A DNA stretch of 64,000 nucleotides from NCBI GenBank assembly GCA_024635455.1, contig JAGXIU010000003.1, forward strand, positions 67,966 through 131,965. Reading direction: 5' to 3'. Both the position numbers and the translations under genes were made by a program. Origin of the DNA: Candidatus Saccharimonadota bacterium (GTDB taxonomy: Bacteria; Patescibacteriota; Saccharimonadia; Saccharimonadales; SLHW01). The notes below the pieces were generated by a model. It was given only the letters and a program-made list of their open reading frames with translations. It was not told the origin of the DNA and ran no database searches. Below, piece after piece: positions 36,123 through 44,684 of the stretch. Position 1 is the first letter of the stretch; each line of letters starts with the position of its first letter.

Positions 36123-36197
36123 TGGCTCCCGGGGCCGGACTCGAACCGGCAACCTATTGATTAACAGTCAACCGCTCTACCATTGAGCTACCCGGGA
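36123..36197 (-). tRNA. tRNA-Asn (anticodon GTT), CCA encoded
   Basis: Hand-folded cloverleaf. Acceptor TCCCGGG/CCCGGGA; D arm GCTC-AATGGTA-GAGC; anticodon arm GTTGA-CTGTTAA-TCAAT; T arm GCCGG-TTCGAGT-CCGGC; discriminator G plus CCA. 75 nt. Confidence 0.9.
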
Positions 36198-36256
36198 TTA
36201 TTGTGTCTTTATGCTGATTGCCAACAAGGACATTCTTTACTTCGTGAGACCGCTGA

Positions 36257-36285
36257 ATTATAGCGAATATAAGGTGTGCCCGCAA
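36257..36285 (-). promoter_or_regulatory. Candidate promoter for tRNA-Asn (TTGCGG-17 nt-TATAAT)
   Basis: -35 at 36285..36280 and -10 at 36262..36257 on the minus strand, about 60 nt upstream of the mature 5' end. Confidence 0.45.
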
Positions 36286-36295
36286 CTTTTTATAC

Positions 36296-36436
36296 TTATT
36301 TGTCTTTCTGTGCCTTTGAGATGAACTTGGCTGGTTTTTTTAACGTACGGACAAAACCGCCATGGTGGCCTAGTGATCCTTCTTTGTCCATCTTGATAAC
36401 TTTTTCGTAAGCGCTGAGATACTTCTTTGTCATCAT
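36296..36436 (-). CDS. Possible 46-aa basic small protein (hypothetical)
   Basis: My own translation gives MMTKKYLSAYEKVIKMDKEGSLGHHGGFVRTLKKPAKFISKAQKDK. AGGA lies just upstream. Below the ORF-track cutoff and unsupported by homology. Confidence 0.3.
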   Translation of the reverse strand: MMTKKYLSAYEKVIKMDKEGSLGHHGGFVRTLKKPAKFISKAQKDK

Positions 36437-36530
36437 CCTAGCAGAGAAAAAATGCATAAATACATATAGAGCAAAAACAAATGAGGTTTTAACACCACAC
36501 TAATTACTCATGCTTTTATCAACGGTCTGA

Positions 36531-37058
36531 CTAACTTAGTAGATAGCCAGAAAAGCTTCCAACGATGACAATCATCATGCCGGTAAGTACGATTTCCTGT
36601 ATATTCTTTCGTGCTTGAACCTTCAGAAAAATACCTTGGATTAGTCCAGCCACCAACAAAGTTGCAATACTTAAGAGGATCGCAATAATGGCAATACGTA
36701 ACCTATCTTGCATGAAAAACAGTGGTAATATCGGCATACTGCTAGCAATGATATGGGATAGAAACTGTGCTACTGCGTTACCCAGCGGTTTTTTTATTTC
36801 ACTTTGGCTTTGGTCATCAATCTCCATACTAGTACGTAAGCTCATGTAGCGAGCGGCAGCAGAGTTGAAGGCTTGCACTGACAGCGCAATATATGCAGCG
36901 GTGGTAACGATACTTAGGCTTCCACCAGAGATGAGTAACCCCAAAATAATAGCAGTGGTAGTGGCGACACCAGTTTCTAGCCCGCTAAAAGTAGAGAGAA
37001 ACAAATCTCTATCAAATGGTAGTTTGGCTTTTTTTCGAAAGTGAGGGGTCATTGCCAT
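36531..37058 (-). CDS. Membrane protein, possibly a second VIT1/CCC1-like paralog
   Basis: 175 aa. FSGLETGVATTTAIILGLL...AFNSAAARYMSLRTS loosely follows the VIT pattern. Confidence 0.45.
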   Translation of the reverse strand: MAMTPHFRKKAKLPFDRDLFLSTFSGLETGVATTTAIILGLLISGGSLSIVTTAAYIALSVQAFNSAAARYMSLRTSMEIDDQSQSEIKKPLGNAVAQFLSHIIASSMPILPLFFMQDRLRIAIIAILLSIATLLVAGLIQGIFLKVQARKNIQEIVLTGMMIVIVGSFSGYLLS

Positions 37059-37061
37059 ATA

Positions 37062-37592
37062 TCATACCAGATTGACATCTGAGAATAGTTCTGGCCATTC
37101 GTGTGAGCTCGGTGTATAGAGGTGAGGTCTAGCAGTAACGTCATCTAACACCCACTGCTTATTAGCCCAACGTACTTGCGCAACTTCATTTTTTTGTAGC
37201 GTTAGTTCATTACAATCAATATCTATGAAACCGATAAACCACTGGCAAAAATGTGCCGGCCTATTACGGGAGTACTTAATGAGCGATTTCCGGTGCGGCC
37301 GTAGTTCAATATCGTGGATGCCAATCTCCTCTACTAGTTCTTTATAAGCGCCCTGTTCATAGGACTCCCCTTTTGCTACTCCCCCTGCTGCGGCTGGACC
37401 CCATAAGCCCGGGTGAGTTCGCTTTATGTGCGCTCGTTGCGCAATCAGCGCTTCTTTACTGGAGTTTTCAAGCCAGATGCCAGTTATACGAAATATGTCT
37501 GATGCGTCTAGTGCATCACGATCTTTGTATCCAATGATATCGTCATTCTTGTCTACTAATATAGCCTGCTCTTTGCTCATAGTCTGTGCCAT
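37062..37592 (-). CDS. NUDIX hydrolase
   Basis: NUDIX box GGVAKGESYEQGAYKELVEEIGI (Gx5Ex7[R/K]ExxEExG). 176 aa. Confidence 0.8.
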   Translation of the reverse strand: MAQTMSKEQAILVDKNDDIIGYKDRDALDASDIFRITGIWLENSSKEALIAQRAHIKRTHPGLWGPAAAGGVAKGESYEQGAYKELVEEIGIHDIELRPHRKSLIKYSRNRPAHFCQWFIGFIDIDCNELTLQKNEVAQVRWANKQWVLDDVTARPHLYTPSSHEWPELFSDVNLV

Positions 37593-37594
37593 TG

Positions 37595-38050
37595 TTAGCG
37601 CATCATGCGTCGTGCTTCACGGTCCTGCGTACGTCGTTTTATCGTCTCGCGCTTATCATGTTGTTTTTTACCTTTACCAATCGCTATCCGTACCTTAACG
37701 TGACGACCTTGCGTCAGTATATCCAGAGGCACAATTGTCCTTCCCTGTTGTTTGGCGGCAATAAGCGCATCAATCTCTTTGCGTTTTGCAAGCAGTTTGC
37801 GCGCCCGTGTTTTATCAGATTCGTCGATGGGGATACTAACATCACCGGTAATGGTCGCATTGATCAGCCAGAGTTCATTATTCTTGACGGTCACATAAGC
37901 ACCGCGCAGTTGGCCGTGTCCTCGCCGGAGAGACTTTGTTTCGGCGCCGGTTAGTGCAATACCAGCCACAAGACTATCCTCAAGTGAATAGTCAAAGCGG
38001 GCTCTTCGATTGGTAATCGCCTTCTTCTGCGGGCGTTTTTTCTTAGCCAT
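37595..38050 (-). CDS. smpB: SsrA-binding protein SmpB
   Basis: NRRARFDYSLEDSLVAGIALTGAETKSLR...GKGKKQHDKRETIKRR. I preferred the start MAKKKRPQ at 38050. Confidence 0.9.
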   Translation of the reverse strand: MAKKKRPQKKAITNRRARFDYSLEDSLVAGIALTGAETKSLRRGHGQLRGAYVTVKNNELWLINATITGDVSIPIDESDKTRARKLLAKRKEIDALIAAKQQGRTIVPLDILTQGRHVKVRIAIGKGKKQHDKRETIKRRTQDREARRMMR

Positions 38051-38121
38051 AAACACTAGTATGCCTGAAAGCAATAGCCATCACAAACATGTACAACCAT
38101 TATTCCGTAAGACGGGTTTAT

Positions 38122-39303
38122 CTACCTACTAGGCGAATTTTGGGCTTGATCAGTTGAGAGAAGTTCACGACCTTTTTCCCAGACGCTTGGATCATCAAAT
38201 TTCTGTTTGCGCCAATACCACCACTCGCCTCCCCAGGCGTAAATATCCTGTACCCCAATTTTGCGTGCAAAGTCTACATTCTCTTCCATTTGTTCGAGGT
38301 CCATTGACTTATCTTGCTCTTCTACGGATACATTAACTGTTGCTTCCGGCGCCCAAGGTTCTAGCTGTAGCTCATGAATGAAGACTTCCCTATCTTGGTA
38401 GCTATTTATAAAGGCCATGCGAGCCTTGTGATACCAGATTGGGGTCGGGTAGGTTAAGTAGAAGTTAAACGGTGCTGTTTTGTCATTCCACACTGTTCGG
38501 TACACCGAGTAGCCATATTTATCTGGAACTGGTTTGTTGAGTGGTAGACCATGCTGGTCACTCAAGCTCATCCATACTGGGTTGTTTGGATCAAGCGACT
38601 TCACAAGCTCGAATTCACGAACAAGCCGCTCTTGATTAATATCATCTTTGGTGCAAGTACCGAACCAAGCGTTTACGGCTTCATTTTCTAGTTGATAACT
38701 TATGAGTGCTGGGTGATCTTTATAGCGATTCACGACGATGCTAACAAAATCTAACAAGGCTTCGTCTTGTTCGTCGGCAGATAGGTCATTGTACCAAGCT
38801 GGTTGATGACACTCGGGCCAGCGGGGCTGACGGAGGCCAAGACCGAGGCTGACTGTACCGTTACGTTCGGCTACTTGATCCATCTGCCAGTCTAAATTTT
38901 CGAAGGTGTACACGCCACGCTCTGCTTCAATAGTGTCCCAGTAGCTCATCAGCCGATAGTTTCTAATTTGTAAGTCGTCCAGTAACGCTGTAAGTGTTTC
39001 TTGCCAGTCAAGCCCAAGCTCTTCTGCATATTTTACAGAAAAACTCATGCCATAATTTGGTGAAGGATACGGCTGCCACATCGATTCAACTGTTATATGG
39101 ATAAGCAAGAGGGTAACGACTGATACAAATAAATAAAAAAAACGGCGCTGCCATTTTCCGAGGCTAGTCAGCTTATTTTTGCACCGCTGCCGAGCCTGTT
39201 TAATGCGCCCCCGAAACGTTAGTTGTCCTGGCTTGTTGGTTTTTTGTGGTGCTCCAATAGTTTTTTTAGAGGTTTTATGAGATTTAACTGTTTTTTTCTT
39301 CAT
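38122..39303 (-). CDS. Membrane-anchored glycoside hydrolase (clan GH-A TIM-barrel type, family not assigned)
   Basis: 393 aa. Basic N-terminus plus TM. Candidate acid/base YQLENEA and nucleophile IHELQLEPW. Confidence 0.55.
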   Translation of the reverse strand: MKKKTVKSHKTSKKTIGAPQKTNKPGQLTFRGRIKQARQRCKNKLTSLGKWQRRFFYLFVSVVTLLLIHITVESMWQPYPSPNYGMSFSVKYAEELGLDWQETLTALLDDLQIRNYRLMSYWDTIEAERGVYTFENLDWQMDQVAERNGTVSLGLGLRQPRWPECHQPAWYNDLSADEQDEALLDFVSIVVNRYKDHPALISYQLENEAVNAWFGTCTKDDINQERLVREFELVKSLDPNNPVWMSLSDQHGLPLNKPVPDKYGYSVYRTVWNDKTAPFNFYLTYPTPIWYHKARMAFINSYQDREVFIHELQLEPWAPEATVNVSVEEQDKSMDLEQMEENVDFARKIGVQDIYAWGGEWWYWRKQKFDDPSVWEKGRELLSTDQAQNSPSR

Positions 39304-39432
39304 CTGTTTCCTTTAATGACTGTATAGATATAAGCTTGAGCGATATTGTACCACACTAGCCTGCTTCACCAATCAGTCTATAAGGGGTGTCGTCTATTGA
39401 CATATATGGCGTAATGTGCTACAATCTTCCTT

Positions 39433-40506
39433 ATGGTTAAACATGAAATTGATACACAGTCTTGGCTCGGCTCTAACTGGGGGAAAATTGAAGCAACTGA
39501 TCGGCTAATGGACGCGCCTGAACACGTTTCTGTTGCTGAGGGTACAAAAACGGTTGGCTTAGAGAGCTCCGATGAGCAATCACTAGAGTATTATATGGCC
39601 ATTCCTCATTCTCTAAAATCAACAATAGATAATGCAACACAGGGTGAGAAACCGCGAAGTTCACTGCCAGTTATTATACGATTTGGACAATGGTCTGAGC
39701 ATACCCGAAGACAATTCGACGCTGATCGCTCAGTAGCCGTAGCGGCTGCGACAAATAATGTGGTTATTGCAGTTGATACTCCAGGGCAATCACCTGCTCC
39801 AGCTGGTGCTGGCAACCTAACCACGGAACAAGCAAACAGCTTGAAGCAGAAGAGCTGGGATGATCCAAGAGTTGGTCAGCTCGATCTACTTACTCGGCCA
39901 CAGTGGGGCGTTATAGAACAGGTTTTGGCTGATAATGGGCTTGATCTTTCTGACACTGAAGTTACATTGGCGGGATCGTCACAAGGTGCCAGTCTTGCCG
40001 TCTCTGCTTTAACAACTGCTCCCGAAAATGCCAATATTGGGACTGCCATACTCTGGAGTAGCCCATCTTTAACCTATCGGAGCGAGCGATCGCCCGCGGG
40101 ATTGATGCGCGATTTTATGCAGACAGGCGCTGGTGACGCTACTTACAAGGCGCAAAACCCTGAATGGGTAAGCGAAGATCCAATCACTCGGCTTATCCCA
40201 CAGGTTGGAAAGCGCGCTATCGGCCATTTACTAGCTGTTAGGGGCTTAGCTCACGCCGAGGACCATGAGCGCCTGCCGAAATATCTTTTAACAGAAGAGG
40301 GTCGTCGCCACAGTGATGTGTTGTGGAGAGTAATTCACGGCGAGAAGGATCCGATTAGCAGAGTTGAACATAACGAACGTGCCGCCAAGATGCTCGTAGA
40401 TGTTGCGCCAAATAATGTATCTCGGGCCAAGTTAGCTCAAGAGTATCACGCAATAGTTAACTGTATTCCTGCAGTCGGGTACCTCATCAAAAAAGCTTTG
40501 CAATAA
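39433..40506 (+). CDS. Alpha/beta-hydrolase-fold protein (unknown substrate)
   Basis: 357 aa. GxSxG (LAGSSQGAS). Plausible Asp (GEKDPI) and His (EYHAIV) triad members. Confidence 0.5.
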   Translation: MVKHEIDTQSWLGSNWGKIEATDRLMDAPEHVSVAEGTKTVGLESSDEQSLEYYMAIPHSLKSTIDNATQGEKPRSSLPVIIRFGQWSEHTRRQFDADRSVAVAAATNNVVIAVDTPGQSPAPAGAGNLTTEQANSLKQKSWDDPRVGQLDLLTRPQWGVIEQVLADNGLDLSDTEVTLAGSSQGASLAVSALTTAPENANIGTAILWSSPSLTYRSERSPAGLMRDFMQTGAGDATYKAQNPEWVSEDPITRLIPQVGKRAIGHLLAVRGLAHAEDHERLPKYLLTEEGRRHSDVLWRVIHGEKDPISRVEHNERAAKMLVDVAPNNVSRAKLAQEYHAIVNCIPAVGYLIKKALQ

Positions 40507-40543
40507 AGCCTGATAATCGCTCCTGTTATACTATGGTCTGATT

Positions 40544-41827
40544 ATGCGTATAGGGCTTTTTTCTGATATGTATTTGCCGAGCGTCAACGGTATTAGTTTT
40601 GTGTTGCAAATAACCCATCGCCAGTTAACTGCGCTTGGTCATGAGGTATATATCTTTGCTCCTGCGTCTAATCTACGCGGCAAGGAAGCCGATGATCCAC
40701 CATATGTTTACCGATTCCCAGCAGTTGAGGGAGTGTTTTTTGACGAACAATTGACCAGTGTATTTTTTCCACCAGTCGCCTACCAGAAGATACATAAGTT
40801 ACGCCTTGATGTCGTCCACTTTTTTACACCTGGTCAAATTGGGCTACAGGGTGTGTATTGCGCTATGAAGGACGATATTCCGCTTATTTCTCAGTATTCG
40901 ACAGACCTATATCGCTATGTTGAGCGTTACCCCAAGGTATTACCAGCGACGTTGAGCCTACCGTTTATTTTGCCATTTGTCTTACGCCTAACACCACGCG
41001 AGACAATAAAGGTGTTTAGCGCCTTTAAGCCCAAACGAGGTTTAACAAAATGGCACAAAGATCTAGTGGTTCGGTTACATACGATAGTTCACAACAGGTG
41101 TGATGCTGTTATAGCGCTCTCACCAAAAATGAAGAAACAACTCGACACTTGGGGTAGCTCGACCACAACTACCTTACTTCCTAGTGGTGTTGATCCACTT
41201 CCGACCACGACAGCGAGTCGAGCTACAGCGTTCAAAAACAGCCATAATATTGCTAAAGATTCCATTGTCTTTTTGTATGCTGGTCGCGTTAGCAGAGAAA
41301 AGAATCTCGATTTACTGATTGATGCGTTTAATCTGTTGCCGAAGACTATGTCGGCAAAACTAGTTCTAGCAGGTAGTATGCATAGCCAGAAGCTCGTAGC
41401 CAAAGCAAGAGCCAGCAAACGTAGCAATGACATTATCTTTAGCGGCAAATATATCCGAGACAAGGCAAACGTTATTTACGCAGCAGCTGATGTATTTCTC
41501 TTCCCTTCTTTAACAGATACGCAGGGCTTAGTTGTTCATGAGGCTGCTGGCGCCAACCTACCATTAATACTTTGTGATAAAGATGTATCAGAGGTATTTA
41601 TACCAAACAAAACTGGGCTGCTGGCTGAAAACACAGCACATCATTTCGCTGAGCAGATGCAGAAACTAGGCAATGACAGCGTTCTTAGGCAAAAGCTTGG
41701 CCGTGAGGCGGCTCGGCAAGCTAGTAATTTTACTGAAGCAGAGCAGATTAAAAAACTCGAAAGTTTGTATAAAGATTGTATAGACCAACACGAACCAAAT
41801 AGTTATTGGCCTTCATTCCGTTCATAG
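40544..41827 (+). CDS. GT4 family (GT-B fold) glycosyltransferase
   Basis: 427 aa. N-terminus MRIGLFSDMYLPSVNGIS. C-terminus FPSLTDTQGLVVHEAAGANLPLI (Ex7E region). Confidence 0.85.
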   Translation: MRIGLFSDMYLPSVNGISFVLQITHRQLTALGHEVYIFAPASNLRGKEADDPPYVYRFPAVEGVFFDEQLTSVFFPPVAYQKIHKLRLDVVHFFTPGQIGLQGVYCAMKDDIPLISQYSTDLYRYVERYPKVLPATLSLPFILPFVLRLTPRETIKVFSAFKPKRGLTKWHKDLVVRLHTIVHNRCDAVIALSPKMKKQLDTWGSSTTTTLLPSGVDPLPTTTASRATAFKNSHNIAKDSIVFLYAGRVSREKNLDLLIDAFNLLPKTMSAKLVLAGSMHSQKLVAKARASKRSNDIIFSGKYIRDKANVIYAAADVFLFPSLTDTQGLVVHEAAGANLPLILCDKDVSEVFIPNKTGLLAENTAHHFAEQMQKLGNDSVLRQKLGREAARQASNFTEAEQIKKLESLYKDCIDQHEPNSYWPSFRS

Positions 41828-42049
41828 AACATGATAAAACTTATTTTTAGATACTTATCTAGGTGAACCTCCCAAGCTCCACCTTCTTTATTGTAGCGAA
41901 ATTGGCACTCTCATCAACCGGCCTATGTTTATAACTACGTTTGTAGAATTGACATCGCACTTACTAAAGTTACAAGGTTTTAGGTACTTATCGGACGCAT
42001 TGCCTCGTAGTACTATAAAAAATATTCAGTCAAAACAAAGTGAGGCAAC

Positions 42050-43312
42050 GTGGGTTTAGAATTTTTGCTTGAGGAATCTAGTGATTTGCGCCATCCACCG
42101 TATAGGGGTCACCTCGAGACGTTCAAGAGGGTTGATTCTGAGGCTGTCTTGTTCGGCCCGGAGTCGGAGCAAATTAAGCCAGTGCGCTATGACTGGGTAA
42201 ACGTTGCTCCACAAATGCGTAACCAGTTTGACGAGCAAGAGCAGTCTGACTTAACCAGTTCAATACGAACTACAGGCCTACAAAACCCATTGATCGTGTT
42301 CGAAATGAGCCCAGAACTTACCGAGTGGTATGTTGATTTATGTAATGAAACCTGGTCTGGGGCAGCTGATGCCTCTGACTATACTCAGACTCCTGATGGC
42401 ACATATCTGGTGCTTGTCGCAGGAGAGCGGCGCTATCGCTCAATTAATAGTATTATCGCCGAAGAAGAGTTTAGCCCGGAAGATGTCTTAGTATCCTGCC
42501 AAGTGCGACGCTGTGAATCACCGTTAGACATGATGCAATCACAAGCCGCCGAAAACGTGTATAGTTCACCGCGTCCTTATCAGCACGCAACTATTATCCA
42601 TGAACTGTATAGGCTTGGTCTCGCCGGTGGTTTATATGAGACAGAGGACGAGTTTATACGTGAGCACTCACCTGCTGGTCGAGAATCAACCAAAAAAGCT
42701 TTGGCCTTCTATACGTTACCTGAATATATTCGGAGCACTGTAGAGAAAAATGAGCTCGGCTATGGGCATGCCGTTTTGTTAGTAGACTTTCACCGAGCAT
42801 ATCAGGCAAAGCTATCTCAGCAAGATATTCCATCTGACACACGAGACTCCCTCATGGAAAATATGATGGTATCGCGTGTGGCTCGGGTTGTGGCCGAAGG
42901 CTGGACGATGGCACAGCTCGAAGCAGCCATGCCAGGCTGGATTAGTGATCTTGATTTTGATCAGCCAGGATTCTTTGAGCAATTACTAGAAGATCAAGCA
43001 GCGGATTTTGTTCGCGTGCAAGAAAAGAAGATATTGGCCATGCAACGCGAAATACTGAACGGAGCCAACCGTGCCCTCCGTCACCACAACAAAGCCCTGC
43101 ACATCTTGAACAACGTAAATACCGACCAACTTCAAGGCATACAACCAAATATGCGGCGTCAACTAGAGTTGGTTTCTGAGCTATATGACTCGCTAGCTCG
43201 AACACACTACGGCAAACCTATTGGCTCACTTGTTATGGAGCGACATGCAGAGGCAGAAATACTACTAGCCAATAGCGAAGCAAATATTGATCCAGGAGCA
43301 CACGATCTCTAG
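42050..43312 (+). CDS. ParB/Srx-fold N-terminal domain protein (ParB/KorB-like, 420 aa, no adjacent ParA)
   Basis: GLQNPLIVFE...YLVLVAGERRYRS (GERRxR box), then an HTH-like ...LPEYIRSTVEKNELGYGHAVLL. GTG start with SD GTGAGG. Confidence 0.6.
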   Translation: MGLEFLLEESSDLRHPPYRGHLETFKRVDSEAVLFGPESEQIKPVRYDWVNVAPQMRNQFDEQEQSDLTSSIRTTGLQNPLIVFEMSPELTEWYVDLCNETWSGAADASDYTQTPDGTYLVLVAGERRYRSINSIIAEEEFSPEDVLVSCQVRRCESPLDMMQSQAAENVYSSPRPYQHATIIHELYRLGLAGGLYETEDEFIREHSPAGRESTKKALAFYTLPEYIRSTVEKNELGYGHAVLLVDFHRAYQAKLSQQDIPSDTRDSLMENMMVSRVARVVAEGWTMAQLEAAMPGWISDLDFDQPGFFEQLLEDQAADFVRVQEKKILAMQREILNGANRALRHHNKALHILNNVNTDQLQGIQPNMRRQLELVSELYDSLARTHYGKPIGSLVMERHAEAEILLANSEANIDPGAHDL

Positions 43313-43882
43313 CTAGTAGTCGATGCCTTTGTTGGCGAGGAATTTATCGTCAAAATGGTGTTTTATCTTGTGCATTTCTGTGGCTATGTCGACATGCTCC
43401 AGTAGTGCTTCAGGGAAATTCCGACCAGTTAGGCAGAGACTGGTCTTGTCTCGTTTTTTTGTTAGTAAACGCTTTAGCTGCGCCTCTGTTAATAATCCAT
43501 CGTGCACCGCGTTGTTTATTTCGTCGCAAATCACCAGGTCATAAGCACCAGATGTAGCGCATTCCAGTGCGACTTCATACGTTTCTTTGGCAGCTTGCTT
43601 GTGTTGCTCTTCAGTAATGCCCTGTTCGCTAAGCTCACCCGCATCGTAAAAACCTTTTCCACCCTTGTAGAAGAATAGATCATCCTCATAGACGTCTTGA
43701 ATGTCACGAATAAAAACGTGCTCACCAACTCCCCAATATTTAATAAATTGGATATAAGCAACTGACCATCGGTTGCCAAGCGCGCGTACCATCAAACCGA
43801 GGCTTGCACTGGTTTTGCCCTTGCTGTCACCGGTATAAACTACTGTGACTGAATCTTTTGTGTTGAAATCTTCAAATGCCAT
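43313..43882 (-). CDS. Cob(I)alamin/cob(I)yrinic acid a,c-diamide adenosyltransferase (CobO/BtuR type)
   Basis: VVYTGDSKGKTSASLG...IQFIK...LVICDEIN...LCLTGRN...HHFD...GIDY. By memory this is colinear with E. coli BtuR, including the terminal GIDY. Confidence 0.8.
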   Translation of the reverse strand: MAFEDFNTKDSVTVVYTGDSKGKTSASLGLMVRALGNRWSVAYIQFIKYWGVGEHVFIRDIQDVYEDDLFFYKGGKGFYDAGELSEQGITEEQHKQAAKETYEVALECATSGAYDLVICDEINNAVHDGLLTEAQLKRLLTKKRDKTSLCLTGRNFPEALLEHVDIATEMHKIKHHFDDKFLANKGIDY

Positions 43883-43898
43883 ACACACCTAGTGTACA

Positions 43899-44333
43899 TT
43901 AGGCAACTCTTGTTACGTTATCGTCGTCTTGATCCGCATTTACTAATACCAATTCAACGTGAGCATTATCTACTACGCACTTCGCAACCAGTGCACTTAT
44001 GCGTGACCTGATAGCACGAGACTGTTCGAGCGTGGTTCGCGCTGGATCGTTTGGTCTAATTGATTCTAGGATGGGGTCCTCAGTGATAGTCTTGTCTATG
44101 ACTGGGTTGTCATCATACGACTCAATATTGTTAGCGAACGCTTCATACGTTGCTTGGAGCTGATTATCTGTAGTATTTGGCAGCGGATTATCGAGAATAG
44201 TACCACATTCAAATTGCGCTTGTTGATGGTCAAGCACTTCTTGCACTTGATCCATGCTAATTATGTCCAGAAAATCGTCTGGCTCAAGGAATACTTTGCG
44301 CTGGCTCGGCTCTTGTTCGTGCATACTCGTCAC
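43899..44333 (-). CDS. Acidic hypothetical protein, co-oriented 16 nt upstream of the CobO-like gene
   Basis: 144 aa. No motif recognised. Confidence 0.55.
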   Translation of the reverse strand: MTSMHEQEPSQRKVFLEPDDFLDIISMDQVQEVLDHQQAQFECGTILDNPLPNTTDNQLQATYEAFANNIESYDDNPVIDKTITEDPILESIRPNDPARTTLEQSRAIRSRISALVAKCVVDNAHVELVLVNADQDDDNVTRVA

Positions 44334-44535
44334 CTCTATTGTACGTACGAATATACACTATATGTTGTGTTCTAGCTGTGATATTTAACACTACATATGA
44401 AATATTCACCGACATACTCTGCTGATATAAATAATGAAACGCAAGACCCTGGTAGCTGTTCGGGCTCGGGCCAGCTTTCTACTGCTGAAAGAGCGCCACA
44501 AGCGATTGGTATTCAATAAAACTCGGTTATTTGTA

Positions 44536-44564
44536 TTGCAGTAGTGTCTCGCGGTTGCTATACT
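44536..44564 (+). promoter_or_regulatory. Candidate atp operon promoter (TTGCAG-17 nt-TATACT)
   Basis: Read directly from the sequence. It leaves a ~115-nt leader before atpB. Confidence 0.4.
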
Positions 44565-44684
44565 CCAGTTTGTATGTACAGAGGTACCGACAGTAGTTGT
44601 AAAGCCGGTCTACTGCCTATGCGCAGTAATTATCAAACACACCTACAAGTAAATGTGAAGAAGCCAAGGAGTTAATACACAAAC

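Larger units (their letters stand above)
35886..36138 (-). repeat. Tandem ~150-bp module x2: conserved hairpin block + intrinsic terminator + 16-nt tRNA-Asn 3' end (CCGGCCCCGGGAGCCA)
   Basis: The 16-mer occurs at 36123..36138 (inside the tRNA) and 35973..35988. The blocks TTCGTTCGTAA and CCTCGAACCG recur at 35886..35913 and 36044..36068 (minus-strand sense). Confidence 0.65.

Noticed and set aside
35972-36160. 62-aa plus-strand ORF spanning the tRNA-end repeats (begins and ends with APGAG)
   Set aside because: It is generated by reading through the two copies of the tRNA 3' end and the terminators on the wrong strand, so it is not a gene.
44398-44544. Small ORFs (39 aa and 35 aa) upstream of atpB as candidate atpI/atpZ
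   Set aside because: Neither has a hydrophobic segment or an SD, whereas AtpI and AtpZ are membrane proteins.
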